DNA of 64,000 nucleotides from an uncultured Gammaproteobacteria bacterium (GTDB lineage Bacteria; Pseudomonadota; Gammaproteobacteria; SZUA-140): NCBI GenBank assembly GCA_947258425.1, contig CAMYIG010000049.1, positions 640 to 64,639 of the forward strand, read 5' to 3'. Shown piece by piece: positions 62,934 to 64,000 of this stretch (position 1 is its first letter; each line of letters starts with the position of its first letter). The notes under the pieces were generated by a model. It saw only the letters and a program-made list of their open reading frames with translations, ran no database searches and was not told where the DNA came from. The position numbers and the translations under genes were made by a program.

Positions 62934-64000
62934 ATGCCCATCGACACTCAACCGATCTGGACACCTTCCGCGCATCGCATCGCGGCGGCAAACCTGACCC
63001 GCTTCATCCAGGCTGTGCGCGATGAATATGGCTGCGACGTCGATGATTATGCGGCACTGTACCAATGGTCAGTTGATACCCCGGAACAGTTCTGGCCAGC
63101 AGTATGGCGCTTCACTCACATCAAGGCGAGCCGACAGTGGGAGAGCGTACTCTGCGATGCAGAGAAGATGCCCGGAGCCAAGTGGTTCGCGGGCGCACAG
63201 CTCAATTTTGCCGAGAACTTGTTACGTCATTGCAAAGGGGAACTGCGCAATAAACCCGCACTGATCTTTCACGGTGAAGATAAACAGCGTTGCGAACTCA
63301 GTTACGGCGAACTCTACAATGCCGTTGCCAAAGTGGCCGCTGCAATGCGTAGCAATGGGGTTGGCATCGGCGACAGGGTGGCTGGCTTCATTGCCAATCG
63401 ACCGGAGGCGGTGGTAGCCATGCTTGCCACCACCAGCCTTGGGGCCATCTGGTCTTCATGTTCGCCCGACTTTGGCATTGAGGGCGCGGTCGAACGCTTT
63501 GAACAGATCGAGCCAAAATTACTCTTCTGCTGCGACGGCTACTGGTTCAAGGGAAAACCGCATGACACACTAACCCGCGTGGCACAGATAACGCAACGCA
63601 TCGCATCCATTCAACAGATAGTCGTCATTCCCTATCTCAACCAACAACCGGATCTCACGCCAATAGCCAATGCAGTGCACTATGGTGACTACATGGATAC
63701 TACCAATGTCGACAATAAAACCATCGACTTTGTGCCACTGCCGTTCGATCACCCACTTTATATTCTCTATTCATCCGGCACCACCGGCAAACCGAAGTGC
63801 ATCGTTCACGGCGCTGGTGGCACCCTGCTGCAACACCTGAAGGAACTGGTATTGCACACTGACCTTAAAACGGACGACGTGCTCTTCTACTTTACAACCT
63901 GCGGCTGGATGATGTGGAACTGGCAGGTCAGTGCGCTCGCCACCGGCGCCACACTGCTGCTCTATGACGGCTCCCCTTTTCATCCCAGCCCAGATATTTT
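62934..64000 (+). CDS. Acetoacetyl-CoA synthetase (acetoacetate--CoA ligase), 5' partial, continues beyond the window
   Basis: Not in the ORF track because no stop lies within the window. The translation from the ATG at 62934 (MPIDTQPIWTPSAHRIAAANLTRFIQ...WFAGAQLNFAENLL...YSSGTTGKPKCIVHGAGG) matches the acetoacetyl-CoA synthetase N-terminus and AMP-binding motif. Confidence 0.8.
   Translation, partial: MPIDTQPIWTPSAHRIAAANLTRFIQAVRDEYGCDVDDYAALYQWSVDTPEQFWPAVWRFTHIKASRQWESVLCDAEKMPGAKWFAGAQLNFAENLLRHCKGELRNKPALIFHGEDKQRCELSYGELYNAVAKVAAAMRSNGVGIGDRVAGFIANRPEAVVAMLATTSLGAIWSSCSPDFGIEGAVERFEQIEPKLLFCCDGYWFKGKPHDTLTRVAQITQRIASIQQIVVIPYLNQQPDLTPIANAVHYGDYMDTTNVDNKTIDFVPLPFDHPLYILYSSGTTGKPKCIVHGAGGTLLQHLKELVLHTDLKTDDVLFYFTTCGWMMWNWQVSALATGATLLLYDGSPFHPSPDI

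Overview
The window is a gammaproteobacterial chromosomal segment of roughly 50% GC, mostly housekeeping operons in conserved order:
- parC / parE (with two outer-membrane protein genes inserted between them)
- xseB-ispA-dxs-queD-folE2
- glyA / nrdR-ribD-ribE-ribBA-ribH-nusB-thiL-pgpA
- queA-tgt-yajC-secD-secF
- tRNA-Leu(CAA), glgB, then fimV-asd-leuB-leuD-leuC with a divergent LysR regulator
- folD and glnS
- a leucine/ketone-body catabolism cluster at the right end: thiolase, acyl-CoA carboxyltransferase beta, enoyl-CoA hydratase, HMG-CoA lyase, an HSD10-like short-chain dehydrogenase, and a partial acetoacetyl-CoA synthetase

Two sensor proteins for c-di-GMP signalling are present (GGDEF-EAL and GGDEF).

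Two regions are AT-rich and look accessory:
- The left end (1..4.4 kb) holds a 3' fragment of an IS256-family transposase, a MORN-repeat/peptidase-C13 lipoprotein, a frameshifted DUF808 gene and a Lys-rich hypothetical protein.
- The 9.6-kb island at 47.5..57.1 kb, between glnS and the thiolase gene, is the most unusual feature. It is a tandemly duplicated two-gene cassette.
  - Gene A encodes a large secreted or lipoprotein-anchored modular protein with 2-3 copies of an unrecognised ~180-aa module, each module followed by cadherin/VCBS-like repeats, and a C-terminal FN3-like domain.
  - Gene B encodes a secreted right-handed beta-helix protein with a pectate-lyase-like fold.

Several genes carry lesions that are either real pseudogenisation or assembly errors:
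- parE has an internal ~165-nt deletion plus frameshift that removes the start of the Toprim domain.
- DUF808 has two frameshifts at homopolymers.
- The first adhesin-like gene has a 70-nt deletion relative to its own internal repeat.
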